Assembly: GCF_044704955.1 (NCBI RefSeq)
Contig: NW_027254412.1
Span: forward strand, 248,001-312,000
Direction: 5' to 3'
Length of the DNA: 64,000 nt
DNA from: Pristiophorus japonicus
Taxonomy: Eukaryota
Shown here piece after piece: positions 49,700 to 63,920 of the stretch. The position numbers and the translations under genes were made by a program. The first letter of the stretch is position 1. Every line of letters starts with the position of its first letter. The notes beneath the pieces are model-generated. The model saw nothing but the letters and a program-made list of their open reading frames with translations, had not been told where the DNA came from and made no database searches.

Positions 49700-50230
49700 C
49701 CAGCAGCTGCGCTGCCTGATGGGTGATTGACAGCCGACAGTCTGCGCATGTGCACCGATAACCATGTCCGGCACAGCACCCCGTCTCGGTCGATATCGGT
49801 AATAACCGCGCATGCCCAGGGGACACCAACCGCCGCCTCCCCCCCACACTCAGAGCTGCGCCTGCTCACTCGGATCCTGTGGTGTGGAGTCAGCACAGCA
49901 CCTTCCGGGGAAAGGCGTTTGTGTCCGTTAAGAGCCATGAGCGGTGACGCAAAGTGAGTTTTCTCTGCTCCGATTGTGTAGAGAATTGCACGGGGGGGAT
50001 AGGGAGAGAATAGAGGGAGATCCAAACCCGAGAGTCCGCCCATCCGGGTCCCCGAGAACAGTTTCCACCAGTTTGGCGGAGCGCGCTTGAGGGACACGTG
50101 ACCCGGGCCTGATTGACAGGAGCTTCCGACCAATGCGGAGCGAGTGGGGCGGGGCTGGAGAAGCAAGCTGGCGGAGGGTCCTCCAACCAATCGGCGAGCC
50201 CGAGGGGCGGGATTTGTGCCGCTGATTGTC
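49700..50230. promoter_or_regulatory. CpG-rich promoter-like region upstream of the minus-strand ZNF gene
   Basis: NRF1-like TGCGCATGTGC and CGCGCATGCCC, two CCAAT boxes, GC boxes GGGGCGGG. Confidence 0.5.
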
Positions 50231-50320
50231 TGAGCCGCAGGGCACGACCTTGTGCAGTCCCTTGTTCAGGGCCTGGGGCCAGGGGAGGCGATGGGCGTTC
50301 ATTGTGGGTCCTTTTGGACA

Positions 50321-50680
50321 CATCATCATCATCATCATCATCATCATAGGCAGTCCTTCGGAATCGAGGAAGACTTGCTTCCACTCCTGAAGTGAGTTCT
50401 TTGGTGGCTAAACAGTCCAATACGAGAACCACAGACTGTGTCACTGGTGGGTAGGACAGGTTTGTCGCACACTCCTTCCACTGCCTGCGCTTAACCTCTT
50501 CATGCACTCGGCATTGAAACTCGAGGCACTCAGTGCCCTCCTGGATGCCCTTTCTCCATCCAGGATAGTCTTTGGCCAGGGACTCCCTGGTGTCAGTGGT
50601 GATGTCGCACTTTATTAGAGAAGCTTTGAGGGTGTCCTTGTAACATTTCTGCTGCCCACATTTGGCTCGTTTACCATGGA
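50321..50680 (-). mobile_element. RTE-clade LINE 3' end
   Basis: (CAT)n tail next to AGGCAGTCCTTCGGAATCGAGGA, the reverse of an RTE-type 3' terminus (family recalled, not searched). Confidence 0.5.
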
Positions 50681-50804
50681 CACAAGGCTCTGGGGCTCAC
50701 AACCCACTGGCTCACATTTTAATGAAGATTTTTTAAATTTAGCATTTTAATATAGACTTGTTAAATTCATGGATAAAAGCAGACAAACCCCCTGCTTCTG
50801 CGGA

Positions 50805-51752
50805 ACAGTCTGGAGGAGGCCAGCATCGTGAGACCTGAGCGAGCGCGGGAGTACAAAGGGCAGCAGTCAGGAGGAGGCCAACATCACAAGACCTGAGCGG
50901 ACGCGGGAGTACAAAGGGCCACAGTCTGGAGGAGGCCAGCATCGTAAGACCTGAGCGAGCGCGGGAGTACAAAGGGCGGCAGTCAGGAGGAGGCCAGCAT
51001 CATGAGACCTGTGTGGACGCGGGAGTACAAAGGGCCACAGTCTGGAGGAGGCCAGCATCGTGAGACCTGAGCGAGCGCGGGAGTACAAAGGGCGGCAGTC
51101 AGGAGGAGGCCAGCATCGTAAGACCTGAGCGAGCGCGGGAGTACAAAGGGCAACAGTCAGGAGGAGGCCAGCATCGCGAGACCTGTGTGGACGCGGGAGT
51201 ACAAAGGGCCACAGTCAGGAGGAGGCCAGCATCATGAGACCTGAGCGGACGCGGGAGTACAAAGGGCCACAGTCTGGAGGAGGCCAGCATCGTGAGACCT
51301 GTGCGGACATGGGAGTACAAAGGGCCACAGTCTGGAGGAGGCCAGCATCGCGAGACCTGAGCGGACGCGGGAGTACAAAGGGCGGCAGTCAGGAGGAGGC
51401 CAGCATCATGAGACCTGAGCGGACGCGGGAGTACAAAGGGCCACAGTCTGGAGGAGGCCAGCATCGCGAGACCTGAGCGGACGCGGGAGTACAAAGGGCC
51501 ACAGTCTGGAGGAGGCCAGCATCGCGAGACCTGCGCGGACGCGGGAGTACAAAGGGCCACAGTCTGGAGGAGGCCAACATCACAAGACCTGAGTGGACGC
51601 GGGAGTACAAAGGGCGGCAGTCAGGAGGAGGCCAGCATCGCGAGACCTGCGCGGACGCGGGAGTACAAAGGGCCACAGTCTGGAGGAGGCCAACATCACA
51701 AGACCTGAGTGGACGCGGGAGTACAAAGGGCTGCAGTCAGGAGGAGGCCAGC
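50805..51752 (+). repeat. 58-bp CpG-rich tandem repeat, about 16 copies, abutting a CR1 5' end
   Basis: Unit AGTCAGGAGGAGGCCAGCATCGCGAGACCTGAGCGGACGCGGGAGTACAAAGGGCCAC. Confidence 0.92.
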
Positions 51753-54700
51753 TTCACCAAAAACATAAAGTAAAAAAAAATCGAAATCGAAGTGTGACGT
51801 CACAGCCAAGCAGGTAAGTGATTGGCTGGTGGATTGATGAGTATTTTTTTTCTTTAAGAAATCTTTGGTTAGGAACTGCAATTAAAGATTTGTGATCTTT
51901 TTTATCTGAGAACCAGTTAATTAAATCGGCTCTGTGCTGAAACAGTTTGGGTGGAGATAATGAATAATAAAGGGAAACCCCACAGATTAAAAGGGTACAG
52001 GAGGATAGGGAATTGGTGACCGTCGCGCACAAGAGTATGGCCAGGCAGGTTGTGCAGGAGTCCCCTGAGACTATCCTGCTCTCAAACCGGTACTCTATTC
52101 TGACTACTGGCGATGGCGGTGATGACTCTGGGGAGAGCAGCCAGGGCCAAGTCCACAGCACCGTGGGTGGCTCAGCTGCACAGGGGGTAGGAAGAAAACG
52201 GGAAAGGCTATAGTGATAGGAGATTCAATAGTTAGGAGAGCAGATCGGCGCTTCTGCGGCAGCAAAAGTGACATCAGGATGGTGTGTTGCCTCCCTGGTG
52301 CAAGGGTCAATGATGTAACTGAGCGACTGCAGGGCATTCTGGGGAGGGAAGGGGAATAGCCAGTGGTTGTGGTCCACATTGGTACCAACGACATAGGTAG
52401 AAAGAGGGGTGAGGTCCTGAAAGCTGAGTTTAGGGAGCTAGGGGTAAGATTGAAAGCAAGGACCTCAAAGGTGGTAATCTCGGGATTACCATCAGTGCCA
52501 CGTACTAGTGAGGGTAGAAAAAGTAAGGCTAGTCAGATAAATACGTGGCTGGGGCATTGGTGTAGGAGGGAGGGCTTTAGTTTCCTGAACAATTGGGACC
52601 ACTTCTGGAGTAGGTGTGATCTGTACAATTCGGACAGGTTACACCTCAAGAGAGACGGGACCAATGTTCTCGCGGGTGGTTTTGATAGTGCGGTTGGAAG
52701 GGCTTTAAACTAGCTTGGCAGGGGGATGGGAACCCAGGAGAGGGCTCTGAGCTAGTTAGAGTGGTTGAGAGCTCAGATGAACAGAACCCCAAGAAAGGAT
52801 GCAAAAGGCAGGCGGCAACAGAGCAGAGCAGCACTGGAGTAAGTGTAAACCACAAGGTGATAGGAAGGGAGAATATGTATGAATATAAAGGGGTTGCAGG
52901 AGGGGTCAAAACTTAAAATAATGGTTTAAAAACGAGTATTAAAACGCTTTACCTAAACGCACGCAGCATTCGAAACAAAGTAAATGAGTTGATGGCACAA
53001 ATCATTACAAATGGGTATGATTTGGTGGCCATCACAGAAACGTGGTTGCAGGGTGGCCAAGACTGGGAATTAAACATACAGGGGTATCTGACAATTCGGA
53101 AAGATAGACAAGAAGAGAAAGGAGGTGGGATAGCTCTGTTAATAAAGGATGATATCAGGGCAGTTGTGTAGACAATATTGGCTCTAATGAACAAAATGTT
53201 GAATCATTGTGGGTGGAGATTAGAGATAGTAAGGGAAAAAAGTCACTGGTGGGCGTATTTATAGGTCCCCAAATAATAACTTCACGGTGGGGCGGACAAC
53301 AAGCAAGGGAATAATGGAGGCATGTGAAAAAGGAACGGCAGTAATCATGGGGGATATTAACCCACATATCCATTGGTCAAATCAATTCGCATGGGGTAGC
53401 CTTGAGGAGGAATTCATAGAATGCATATGGGATTGTTTCTTCGAACAGTATGTTAGAGAAGCAACAAGGGAGCAAGCTATCTTACATCTGGTCCTGTGTA
53501 ATAAGACAGGAATAATAAATTATCTCCCAGTAAATGATCCTCTTGGAATGAGTGTTCACAGTATGGTTCAATTTGTAATACAGATTGAGGGTGAAGAAGT
53601 AGTGACTCAAAGGAGCATACTATGCTTAAACAAAGGGGACTATAGTGGGATGAGGGCAGAGTTGGGTAAAATAGACTGGGAACACAGACTAAACGGTAGC
53701 ACAATTGAGGAACAGTGGAGGACTTTTGAGGAGCTCTTTCATAGTGCTCAACAAAAATATATTTCAGTGAAAAAGAAGGGCGTGAAGAGTAGGGATAATC
53801 AGCCGTGGATAACCAAGGAAATAAAGGAGAGTATCAAATTAAAAACCAACGCGTATAAGGTGGCCAAGGTTAGTGGGAAACTAGAAGATTGGAAAAATTT
53901 TAAATGACAGCAAAGAATGACTAAGAAAGCAATAAAGAAATGAAACATTGATTACGAAAGTAAACTTGCGCAAAACATAAAAACAGATAGTAAAAGCTTT
54001 TACCAATATATAAAACGGAAAAGAGTGACTAAAGTAAATGTTGGTCCGTTAGAAGATGAGAACGGGGATTTAATAATGGGAAATGTGGAAATGGCTGAGA
54101 CCTTAAACAATCATTTTGCTTCGATCTTCACAGTGGAAGACACAAAAACCATGCCAAAAATTGATGGTCACGGAAATGTGGGAAGGGAGGACCTTGAAAC
54201 AATCACTATCACTAGGGGGGTAGTGCTGGACAGGCTGATGGATCTCAAGGTAGACAAGTCCCCTGTTCCTGATGAAATGCATCGCAGTGTATTAAAAGAG
54301 ATGGCGGAAGTTATAGCAGATGCATTCGTTATAATCTATCAAAATTCTCTGGACTCTGGGGAGGTACCAGCGGATTGGAAAGCAGCTAATGTAACGCCTC
54401 TGTTTAAAAAAGGGGGCAAACAAAAGGCAGGTCACTATAGGCCGGTTAGTTTAACATCTGTAGTGGGGAAAATTCTTGAAGCTATCATTAAGGAAGAAAT
54501 AGGGGGACATTTAGATCGGAATTGTGCAATCAAGCAGACGCAACATGGATTTATGAAGGAGAAATCATGTTTAACTAATTTACTGGAATTCTTTGAGGAT
54601 ATAACGAGCATGGTGGATAGAGGCGTACCGATGGATGTGGTGTATTTAGATTTCCAAAAGGCATTTGATAAGGTGCCACACAAAAGGTTACTGCAGAAGA

Positions 54701-55830
54701 TAAAGGTACGCGGAGTCAGAGGAAATGTATTAACATGGATAGAGAATTGGCTGGCTAACAGAAAGCAGAGAATCGGGATAAATGGGTCCTTTTCGGGTTG
54801 GAAATCGGTGGTTAGTGGTGTGCCACAGGGATCGGTGCTGGGACCACAACTGTGTACAATATACATAGATGATCTGGAAGAAGGGACAGAGTGTAGTGTA
54901 AAAAATTTTGCAGATGACACAAAGATTAGTGGGAAAGCGGGTTGTGTAGCGGACGCAGAGAGGCTGCAAAGAGATTGAGATAGGTTAAGCGAATGGGCTA
55001 AGGTTTGGCAAATGGAATACAATGTCGGAAAATGTGAGGTCATCCACCTTGGGGAAAAAAAAAACAGTAAAAGGGAATATTATTTGAATGGGCAGAAATT
55101 ACAAGATGCTGTGGTGCAGAGGGACCTGGGGGTCCTTGTGCATGAAACTCAAAAAGTTAATTTGCAGGTGCAGCAGGTAATCAGGAAGGCGAATGGAATG
55201 TTGGCCTTCATTGCGAGAGGGATGGAGTACAAAAGCAGTAAGGTGCTGCTGCAACTGTACAGGATATTGCTGAGGCCGCACCTGGAGTACTGCGTGCAGT
55301 TTTGGTCACCTTAGTTACGGAAGGATGTACTGGTTTTGGAGGGGGTACAGAGACGATTCATGAGGCTGATTCTGGAGATGAGGGGGTTACCTTATGATGA
55401 TAGATTGAGTAGACTGGGTCTTTACTCGTTGGAGTTCAGAAGGATGAGGGGTGATCTGATAGAAACATTTAAAATAATGAAAGGGATAGACAAGATAGAG
55501 GCAGAAAGGTTGTTTCCACTGGTCAGGGAGACTAGAACTAGGGGGCACAGCCTCAAAATACGGGGGAGCCAATTTAAAACCGAGTTGAGATGGAATTTCT
55601 TCTCCGACAGGGTTGTGAATCTGTGGAATTCTCTGCCCAAGGAAGCAGTTGAGGCTAGCTCATTGAATTTATTCAAGTCACAGATAGATTTTTAACCAAT
55701 AAGGGAATTAAGGGTTATGGGGAGCGGGCGGGTAAGTGGAGCTGAGTCCACGGCCAGATCAGCCATAATCTTGTTGAGTGGCGGAGCAGGCTCGAGGGGC
55801 CAGATGGCCTACTCCTGTTCCTAATTCTTA
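51753..55830 (+). mobile_element. Near-full-length CR1 LINE: 5'UTR, ORF1 (SGNH esterase-like), ORF2 (APE + RT), 3' tail; multiple stops
   Basis: VIGDSIVR, VVVHIGTNDI and DRLHL in ORF1; [22 protein letters not shown] and FADD in ORF2; 3' end CTCCTGTTCCTAATTCTTA. Confidence 0.93.
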
Positions 55831-56590
55831 AAAAGTCACTTGGTGGGTGTAGTCTATAAGCTCCCGAACAGTAGCAACTCTGTTGGTCGAAGTATAAATC
55901 AGGAAATAGTGGGGGCTTGCAAAAAGGGAACAGCAATAATCATAGTTGATTTTAACCTCCATATTGATTGGACAAATCAAATTGGTCAGGTAGGCTTGAG
56001 AAAGAGTTCATAGAGTGCATAATGGATGGGTTCCTTGAACAGTATGCAATGGAACCAACAAGGGGGCAGGCTATCTTAGATATGGTCCTGTGTAATGAGA
56101 CAGGATTAATAAACAATCTCCTTGTAAAGGATCCCGTTGGAATGAGTAGCATGATTCAATTTCAAATTCAGATGGAGGATCTCTAACCAGCATACTCGGC
56201 TTAAATAAAGGAGACTATGAAGGGGTGAGGGCTGAGTTGGCTAAAGTGGGCTGTGAAAATAGATTAAAGTGTAGGACGGTTGGTGTACATTTAAGGAGAT
56301 ATTTCACAACTCTCAAGAAAAATATATCCCAGTGAGGAGGAAAGCGCATAAGAGAAAAGATAGCCATCCGTTGGTAACTAAAACTGTTTCAACATCCTGA
56401 TCATTTGAGCCAATATCGTTTCTCACTGTGGCAGTGATTCCATCCTTTATCATCAGAGCTACCCCACCTCCTTTTCTTTTCTGTCTGTCCCTCCGGATTG
56501 TCAAGTACCCTGAAATGTTAAGTTCTCAGTCTTGATCACCTTGCAACCACGTCTCTGTAATGGCTATCAGATCATACCCATTTGTAACTG
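55831..56590. mobile_element. Additional CR1 endonuclease-region fragments (+ 55831-56385, - 56385-56590)
   Basis: EPTRGQAILDMVLCNE on +; RDRQKRKGGGVAL on -. Confidence 0.75.
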
Positions 56591-57083
56591 GTGTTGGTGG
56601 TAAACCCTGACTAAGAACCTAGAGCTCTCACGTTTGCAGCTCCGGGACATTTCACGGGAACAGGCCCAGGTTGGCGGCCTTTGTAAAGGAACGCCGCAAG
56701 TTTGTGCATCGCTATCGCTGTTCATCGAGCTGCAGAGCGCATGTGTGGCCATCTTTGTAAATGAACACAGAGTGCTTGGGTCTTCAGGGTCCCAGTGAGT
56801 ATAGAAGTGAACCCAGCCAGAGTCAGCACCATCAGGGGAGGAGAGGAAGGTGAACCAGTGAGTGTAGAACTGAACCCAGCCAGAGTTGCTGGGGAAAACT
56901 GGGAGTTGAGGATAAAATGTCTTGAGGCGTGCGATGTGTTTGGATTTCAGCACAGGGAGGAGGCAGCGATTTACAGCTTTGGAGGAGCAAGAGAAGAAAA
57001 AATGTTCCATCGAAACTAGAATTTACTGTTTTGAATGTTTTTCCTGTATTTATGGTGATGAGATCTGTAAACTCCTTTTACAG

Positions 57084-57595
57084 GGTATTCAAAGGATTTG
57101 GAGACGGAAAACTCAAACCAAACATCACACCAAGATCTGACGGAGTCACTTGATTCCTCAGGACCTGAATATCATCGGCCTTTCAATATAGAAGGAGAAA
57201 TATTTGTCTGTTCTGCCTGTGGGAAAAATTTCAAACATCAGTGTGACTGGAGAAGCACCGAGACACAGACACCCAAGTGAGTGTTCCAGTGCACTGACTG
57301 TGGAAAGAGCTTTAACCAGTTACACAGCCTGAAAAAACATTTTACCATTCACAGCTGGGAGAACCGTACACGTGGTGTGTGTGGACCAGGCATCAACTGA
57401 TCATCCAACCTGGAGAGACACAAGGATACCTGCACCATGGAGAAACCGTGGAAATGTGTGGACTGTAGGAGGGGATTTAGTTCCCCATCTAACCTGGATA
57501 TTCATCAGCGCAGTCACACCGGGGGAAGGGATTCACTTGGTCATCCCACCTGCTGACATACCAGCGATTTCACACTGGGGAGAGGCTTTCTGCTG
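57084..57595 (+). pseudogene. C2H2 zinc-finger exon, truncated pseudogene; paralog of 47220-48170
   Basis: Acceptor CTTTTACAG at 57083; ATG GAG AAA CCG TGG AAA TGT at 57437; frameshifting deletion after one finger. Confidence 0.8.
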
Positions 57596-60500
57596 CTGAA
57601 CTTAGCGTGTGCCCCACAGCATCTCGCTCACCTTCGATGTGTGAATGGAGCATCATGGCTGCAAACCTGGTTTTAATTTTAATTTGAATCCACTCAGGAA
57701 ATGTATTTAACAAAAGATGAACAAGTAAACCGATTACATCAATTAATTAATTAATTGGCAAAGCTTTAGAGTCACCAAGATGAACAAGTAAACACATCAC
57801 AGCCCAATCGTCCAGCTCTGTATTCACAGGAGAATGTCTGTTTTCTAAGTGATCACGTGAACAGAATATAGGAAGACCATAAGTTTAAGAACCTGTAGAA
57901 TCTGTTGTAAATATCTTTCAAATCCTGACTGGTACAATCTCTCGGTTTCCTTTCAATTGAAATGAATGGAAGATGAGAGGGGTTTAAGAGGAGGGGTAAG
58001 TGAGGGTGGAGAATAAGGGTGAAACGAGTTGGGATGAAGATGGTTGGAGAGCAGAGGAGCAAGAGGAGCTGGGATGAGGGTTTTGGTGAATAGTGTCTCA
58101 ATTTCACTGAATAAAATATAATTATTGTCACCAATATGAGTTAAGTCAAAGCTTTCTGAACTTAGGCGTGAAAGGGTTAATTGGCACAGACCCAAAAACT
58201 CAACAAATTGACTTGACGCATAGTAATTAATCAACATTTTGTTCAGTGGAACTGGGGTCCGGAGATCTGTGGCCAATTAGTTTTACTTGGCCAGGCTATC
58301 AATCCAGGATGGAGAATCTCTGGGAGATGGATGACTAATCTCCTACCAGTAGTTGAGCGATGGGTTTGCTAAGCATGGCTAACCTAACAGAACGTGCCAG
58401 GGACAATGAACATGGGAAGCTGCTCCCTACCACTCACTTGCCATCATTCCTCGCGAGTCCACAAGGTGACTCGTACCGAAAGCGGTCGATTGGGTCCAGA
58501 GTCAAATTGACGAGGGCAAGTCCCAATTTGACAAAGGGAATCTTATATTGGCTTATGCAACCCACCTCTGCGCACAGACTTGAGAAATTAACAGGTGAGA
58601 GAGGAGAAGCATAAGGAACAGGCGAGACAGAGAGGGAAAAAGATCTAAGCTGCAAGTTAACCCAGCCGAGAACTCAGCAAAGGAAGGAAAAAACAGAATG
58701 AGGGAATAAGTTGCTCAGATGACAATTTAAAAGGCGAAAAAAGGAAACTTAAAGTTGAAACCAACACTGAATCTGTCAGTTTCTGTGCCGAGAAAAATAA
58801 AGCACAAGATTACTGAGTGAAAGGAACCTTAAAGGATGCTGGAATTTCAGTTTGTGTGAATTGTATTAGAGTGGAAGTTTTCCTGTGCATGAATGTTTAA
58901 GAATTTACAGTATTCCTTTTGTCTGAAAGTCTGTCTTTGAAAAAAGCGTCTGTTATGTTTGTTTTAGCTTCACCCACTTTTCTCTGCATGGAGCTAAAAG
59001 CCGTTTAACCCTTAGTTGTCTTGGATGTTGGGAGTTTTAAGGAAGTGTGGATATGTTCAGTATGTTCATTTCAATTCAGATTGTGGAACTAGTAGCAGGG
59101 GATCTTTATGATTCACATTTTGAAGTTAAAGACGCTGTTGGTATATTTTGACTGGGGCAAGCTGTGCAACACTGAAAGTCAGGCGAGTTTGTTTTACAAA
59201 AGAAAAACTTCAGCCTTGAAGTTACGGTTGCCATGTGCCTGATACTTGGTTTGAAATTTCTCAAAGCACTTTGTTTTTTCACATTTAAATAAATTAAATC
59301 AATGTTTCTCCACTCATATTCAGTATTTTTAGTCATTTGGAAAAACACCTGAAGGTAACAATGATGTAATTTACTGTGTTCTGTAAGCATGTGCTACTTT
59401 GTTTTATTTTATCTGTTCTGTATTGTTTTAAGTTAATAAAATATTGTTCCGAATTAAATAGGAGCTATTGAAATTAACTAAGCTATGTTTTATTCAAGGT
59501 TAATAATGATAGCTTTACGAATGATTTCAGCTGTTTTGACGGATTTTTAATTCCTAAGGAAGTTTTGAATTTCCAAACTTCAAAAAAAGAACCAAGTGTT
59601 GATTTAAAACGAACTTCTGTTTGTTCACTTGAGTCGTAACGAATTCAATCTTCTGTTTCTAATCAATTTACAAGTGGAGTCTAGTCACAGATGGAGCACG
59701 TGTAACCAGGCATGGGTATCTCCACGCTAACGAACAAAGGAAAAAGCTTACATTTATAGACTATTTTCTTATCAAACTGGAGCCGGCTTTGCCAAATATG
59801 GTAGTCTCTGGCTACTGCATCGTCCAGAGACACAAGTTTACATCAGCAACACATTTAGAAGCATTGTGGCCTGCTATGGTGATCATAAACCACTAGTTCT
59901 GGACTTTTCTTATCCAAACAATATTTCTAATCCATTCTATTATGAATATCGAAGCCTGGTTGATCGCAAAACACCAGCTGTTGCTAAGTGAAATCTGTCA
60001 CTCTCTCCCTAATAATACGAACCACATTTTCCCTCTTTTGAATGAATGAAACATAAACCCCTTTCAGAAGCTGAATTAACCAGGGTCCACATGTCAACCT
60101 GTCCCACAGGTTTTTTTATGGGTTACATTACCTGTTGACAAAGTGTTTTATATCCTTCTTTGTCTTTACTAATCCTAGTTTCCTCTCAGCGTCCTTCCCT
60201 TCCCTTATATTTTCAATGTCCCTTATTGACTTCCTTACAGCATAATGCAATGACCATAATCCCTGAAGCTATGATCCGTGCTATCACCAATCCCAGCTGG
60301 AACAATCTAACTAGATACTACTTTCCACCATTCCTGATTCTCAAGTCTTGGGATTGCCTGTTCTGTCTCTCTCTTCCTCTATGATTTGCACTGTATGTTT
60401 CTGGGATGACCTAATTCGCAGAATTATGAGCTTTAAAGCCAGAAACAGGGAGAATATAGTGTCCTATATGTGGAATGACTTGAATGGCTTCATCCTCCAG

Positions 60501-63339
60501 AGGCAGCCTTGTCTGCAGATAAGTTGCGTTATGATGATGTGCCAGAATCAATGTTTAGCACCGATACATGTTTTCCTCGGTGGAATCAAGCTAAAGTGAT
60601 GTTCTAGTATGGGGCATCGGGTTGAACCCACAGTCATATACGTGACAGTAGTAGTCACACAATACTGTCCTTTTCCTTTTGTACATGGTATTAGTTTGGC
60701 CTTCGCCCCATTTATTTATTTCAATCTGGCATTCTGGAGATTCCTTGTCGAGGGTGAACCCACAAGCTGGAACATCTACAAACCCATGTTGTCCCTTTCA
60801 GAGTACAACACTGCATATCTGGTGCTATCCAAGTTACTCCCTTCTTAATCAGATATCTTGGATATTCCTCATACTGTTTATGGATCGGACCTAGCTCAGT
60901 CTTCCAGCCTTGCAAACGGTTATACCCGATACACCGTCCAAGGTTTCGTTTCATTTACATTTTTCCTCAGCAAAAACAAGAGCAGTCCCACTGGTCTAAT
61001 ATCTTCACTTCTTTCTCCTTCCCTCGGGGACAAAATCCCCATTCCTATTGGCTGCATCACATCAAAGCATATGACTTGGTTCCCCTAAAACATTTTCTCA
61101 GTTGTTCTTCATGAATAAACAAAGGGATTTGATTACTCTCTCTCTTGTCCAGTCCCTTCTGCACTACATTCATCATAAATGTCAGAGGCTACACATGATA
61201 CCTCCAGTAAGCCACATCATGTTCCCATTCACTTTCTATATCTATTCTGTTCACTCCTGCTAACCTTGCTGTGGCTCATATTCTGAGCTATCCTGTCAGC
61301 TCTCACTTTCCTTGTGATTTAAACTGATTCTCCTTGTGTTCCCCATCTTCCTCATCCCTTGGTTCCTGTTTTCTTTTCTTTATAACACATCCTTTACTAC
61401 TTCTCTTCCCATTTTGTCTATTAATTGTGAATATCTCCCTTCACATAATCTAGTTGATACATTCAAGCTCATGTTTAAATCTTTTGATTTCAATGAACAA
61501 TTTAAAAACACACATTGTTATATAATACATTTCCTGATTCAGTTACTTCTAGTCCATTACATGTGGGTTCTTTTACTGGATGGGACAGGTCGAGTTCTTT
61601 TTGTGAGGTGGGATGTCATTTTATTTAAGTCCCACATATGATGATCACTATCAGCGTTTGTACTTGGCAAACCAATAGTAAACATTACTGATCAACATAC
61701 GACATTTCTTACTTTAAAATAACCTGCCGTCATTACATTTTAAGTTTGTATTGAAGTATTTTATTATGGTCTTGAATTACTTATTGTCCTGGTGTGATAC
61801 TAACTCTTTAAGTGAACACTATTAATTTAGTGTTTCGGGTCAGGATGTGTCCCAACCCACCTGGTTCAGGGGAGTCTTCCTGGTCTCCCAATCTTCCCAA
61901 GGAGCAGGCTTTAGGGTTCTTTCTCTATTACCACCAAAATTATGCTTTTGAGGATCTATACCTCGGTTTATCACGGATTCCAAAACTAACCCTTTTGAGG
62001 TCCTCTGCTTCCTCCTGGAGATCGCCTCTCACTTGGATCCATGTTTTGTTATGGAGCCTGTAAGGTCTGGCCTCCTTATCTCCCACCTTCAGCTTGTAGC
62101 TGATCTGTACACAGCAATGGCCACCTTGTCCAGACAGAAACAGGCTGACTTTTTTTATTTTTAGCCTCTCTACAAGCTTTCTTTGTTCAGTACTTAGTGG
62201 AGGCCTTGAAACTGACAACCATTCTAGCTGTAAGGAAATCCGAATTTGATCAGCATTCTCGCTACTGTTAATTCTAATGCCTCTGACAGGTAGCAGTGTG
62301 TTTAACTCCATCCTGATTATTTCAAAGTCGGTTTCTCTATGGAGAACGTGTCACGGCCTTGACGGTTTAAAAAGTTCTCTCACTCTCCTGAGCTACATTA
62401 GCCATTTCATGTTGTGCTGTTGTCAATAACTGAGCTTGCCTGAGACTCGTTCACACACACATGCAGCGGTATCCCAATATCATGCCACATGTGACATCTG
62501 ACCGAAGCCATTTGAGGTGATCTTATCAAAAGATCGTGGGGTGTCTGAAGATCTTTGCTCATCTCCCTCTGCATGGTCCCGATGTCTCGGGTAGGGGCCA
62601 GGCGATCAAATTCAGTTTTCTTATTGTTCAGTGTAGGCAATGACACAAATATCTCAGAGAAATCTTAGCAATTTCCTACACTTCCCTGACTTTAACAAGA
62701 ATTTACATTAACACAAGATTGTACCCAGGTGATTTATGACAATTCACCCGGGAACAATTAGTGAAGAAACATTTCTATTTGGAGGTGTAACTTTCCTGTT
62801 TTCCTCTTATATCCTCACTCATTTCCTCTCATTACATTTTATACAGTGTTCACCATTTCATTCATGAGCCCAGAGGAACTTTACTGTCGCATACAATATT
62901 ATCATACTGCCTTTAAACATCGATCAAACATTCCCACTTGGTCCAAGTTTTGACCCAGTTTCTTTGTTTAATTTTATTTAACCGAACCTCTTCTTGGACC
63001 TTTTATTCTCCAAAATATGCCACGAGGAAGGGTGTTAGTTACCTTTAGCATAACAGTCGCCCCAAAAAACTTATTTCTGACTACATAGTTTGGACAGAAC
63101 CACAGAGACGGGACTTTTTCAAAAATAAAACTTAATTATCTCAATTTTCAGCTAAATTTTCCTTCCCATGTGTTTGACCAGCGACGCTTAGCAATATATA
63201 TATATAACATCAGTTTTAATTTCACAAACAAATTATGCCCAGACTTTGTCATTTTACAAAGAAGACAAAAGTAACAATTGCGTTTGGATGCAAGTCATTT
63301 ATCTTCCCCTTCGAGCAGTGTGACTTGGACAATAGGATT

Positions 63340-63920
63340 ACATCGGATATAGGACCCAGAAACAGGCCATTCGGCCCAACCAGTCCATGCCGGCGTTTAT
63401 GCTCCACTCGAGCCTCCTCCCTTCTTTCCTCATCTAACTATATCCACATAACCCTCGATTCCCTTTTTCCTCATATGTTTCTCTAGCCTCCCCTTAAATG
63501 CATCGATACTATTCGCTTCAACCCCTCCCTGTGGCAGTGAGTTCCACATTCTCACCACTCTCTGGGTAGAGATTTCTTCTGAATTCTCTATTTCATTTCT
63601 TGGTGACTATCTTATGTTGATGGCCTCTAATTATGCTGGTCCCCACAAGTGGAAACACTGTATCTTCTCTATCAAAACCTTTCATCATTTTAGGTCACCC
63701 CTCAGCCTTCTTTTTTCAAGAGAAGAGAGACCCGGCCTGTCCATCCTTTCCCGATAGGTATACGGTCACCTTTCTGGTATCATCCTTGTAAATCTTCTCT
63801 GCACCCTCTCCAGTGCCTCCATATCCTTTTTATAATATGGTGACCAGAATTGCACACTCAAAGTCGAACCAAGGTTCAATACAAGTTTAGCATAACTTCA
63901 CCACTTTTCCATTCTATAAC
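63340..63920 (-). mobile_element. CR1 LINE 3' fragment
   Basis: GAGTTCCACATTCTCACCACTCTCTGGGT and CTCTGCACCCTCTCCAG are reverse complements of the CR1 ORF2 C-terminus. Confidence 0.7.

Noticed and set aside
50805-51752. CRISPR-like regular repeats
   Set aside because: No unique spacers, eukaryotic context, no cas genes
57600-59900. Possible retroviral leader/gag relic
   Set aside because: No LTR pair, PBS or recognisable protein motif could be supported by eye
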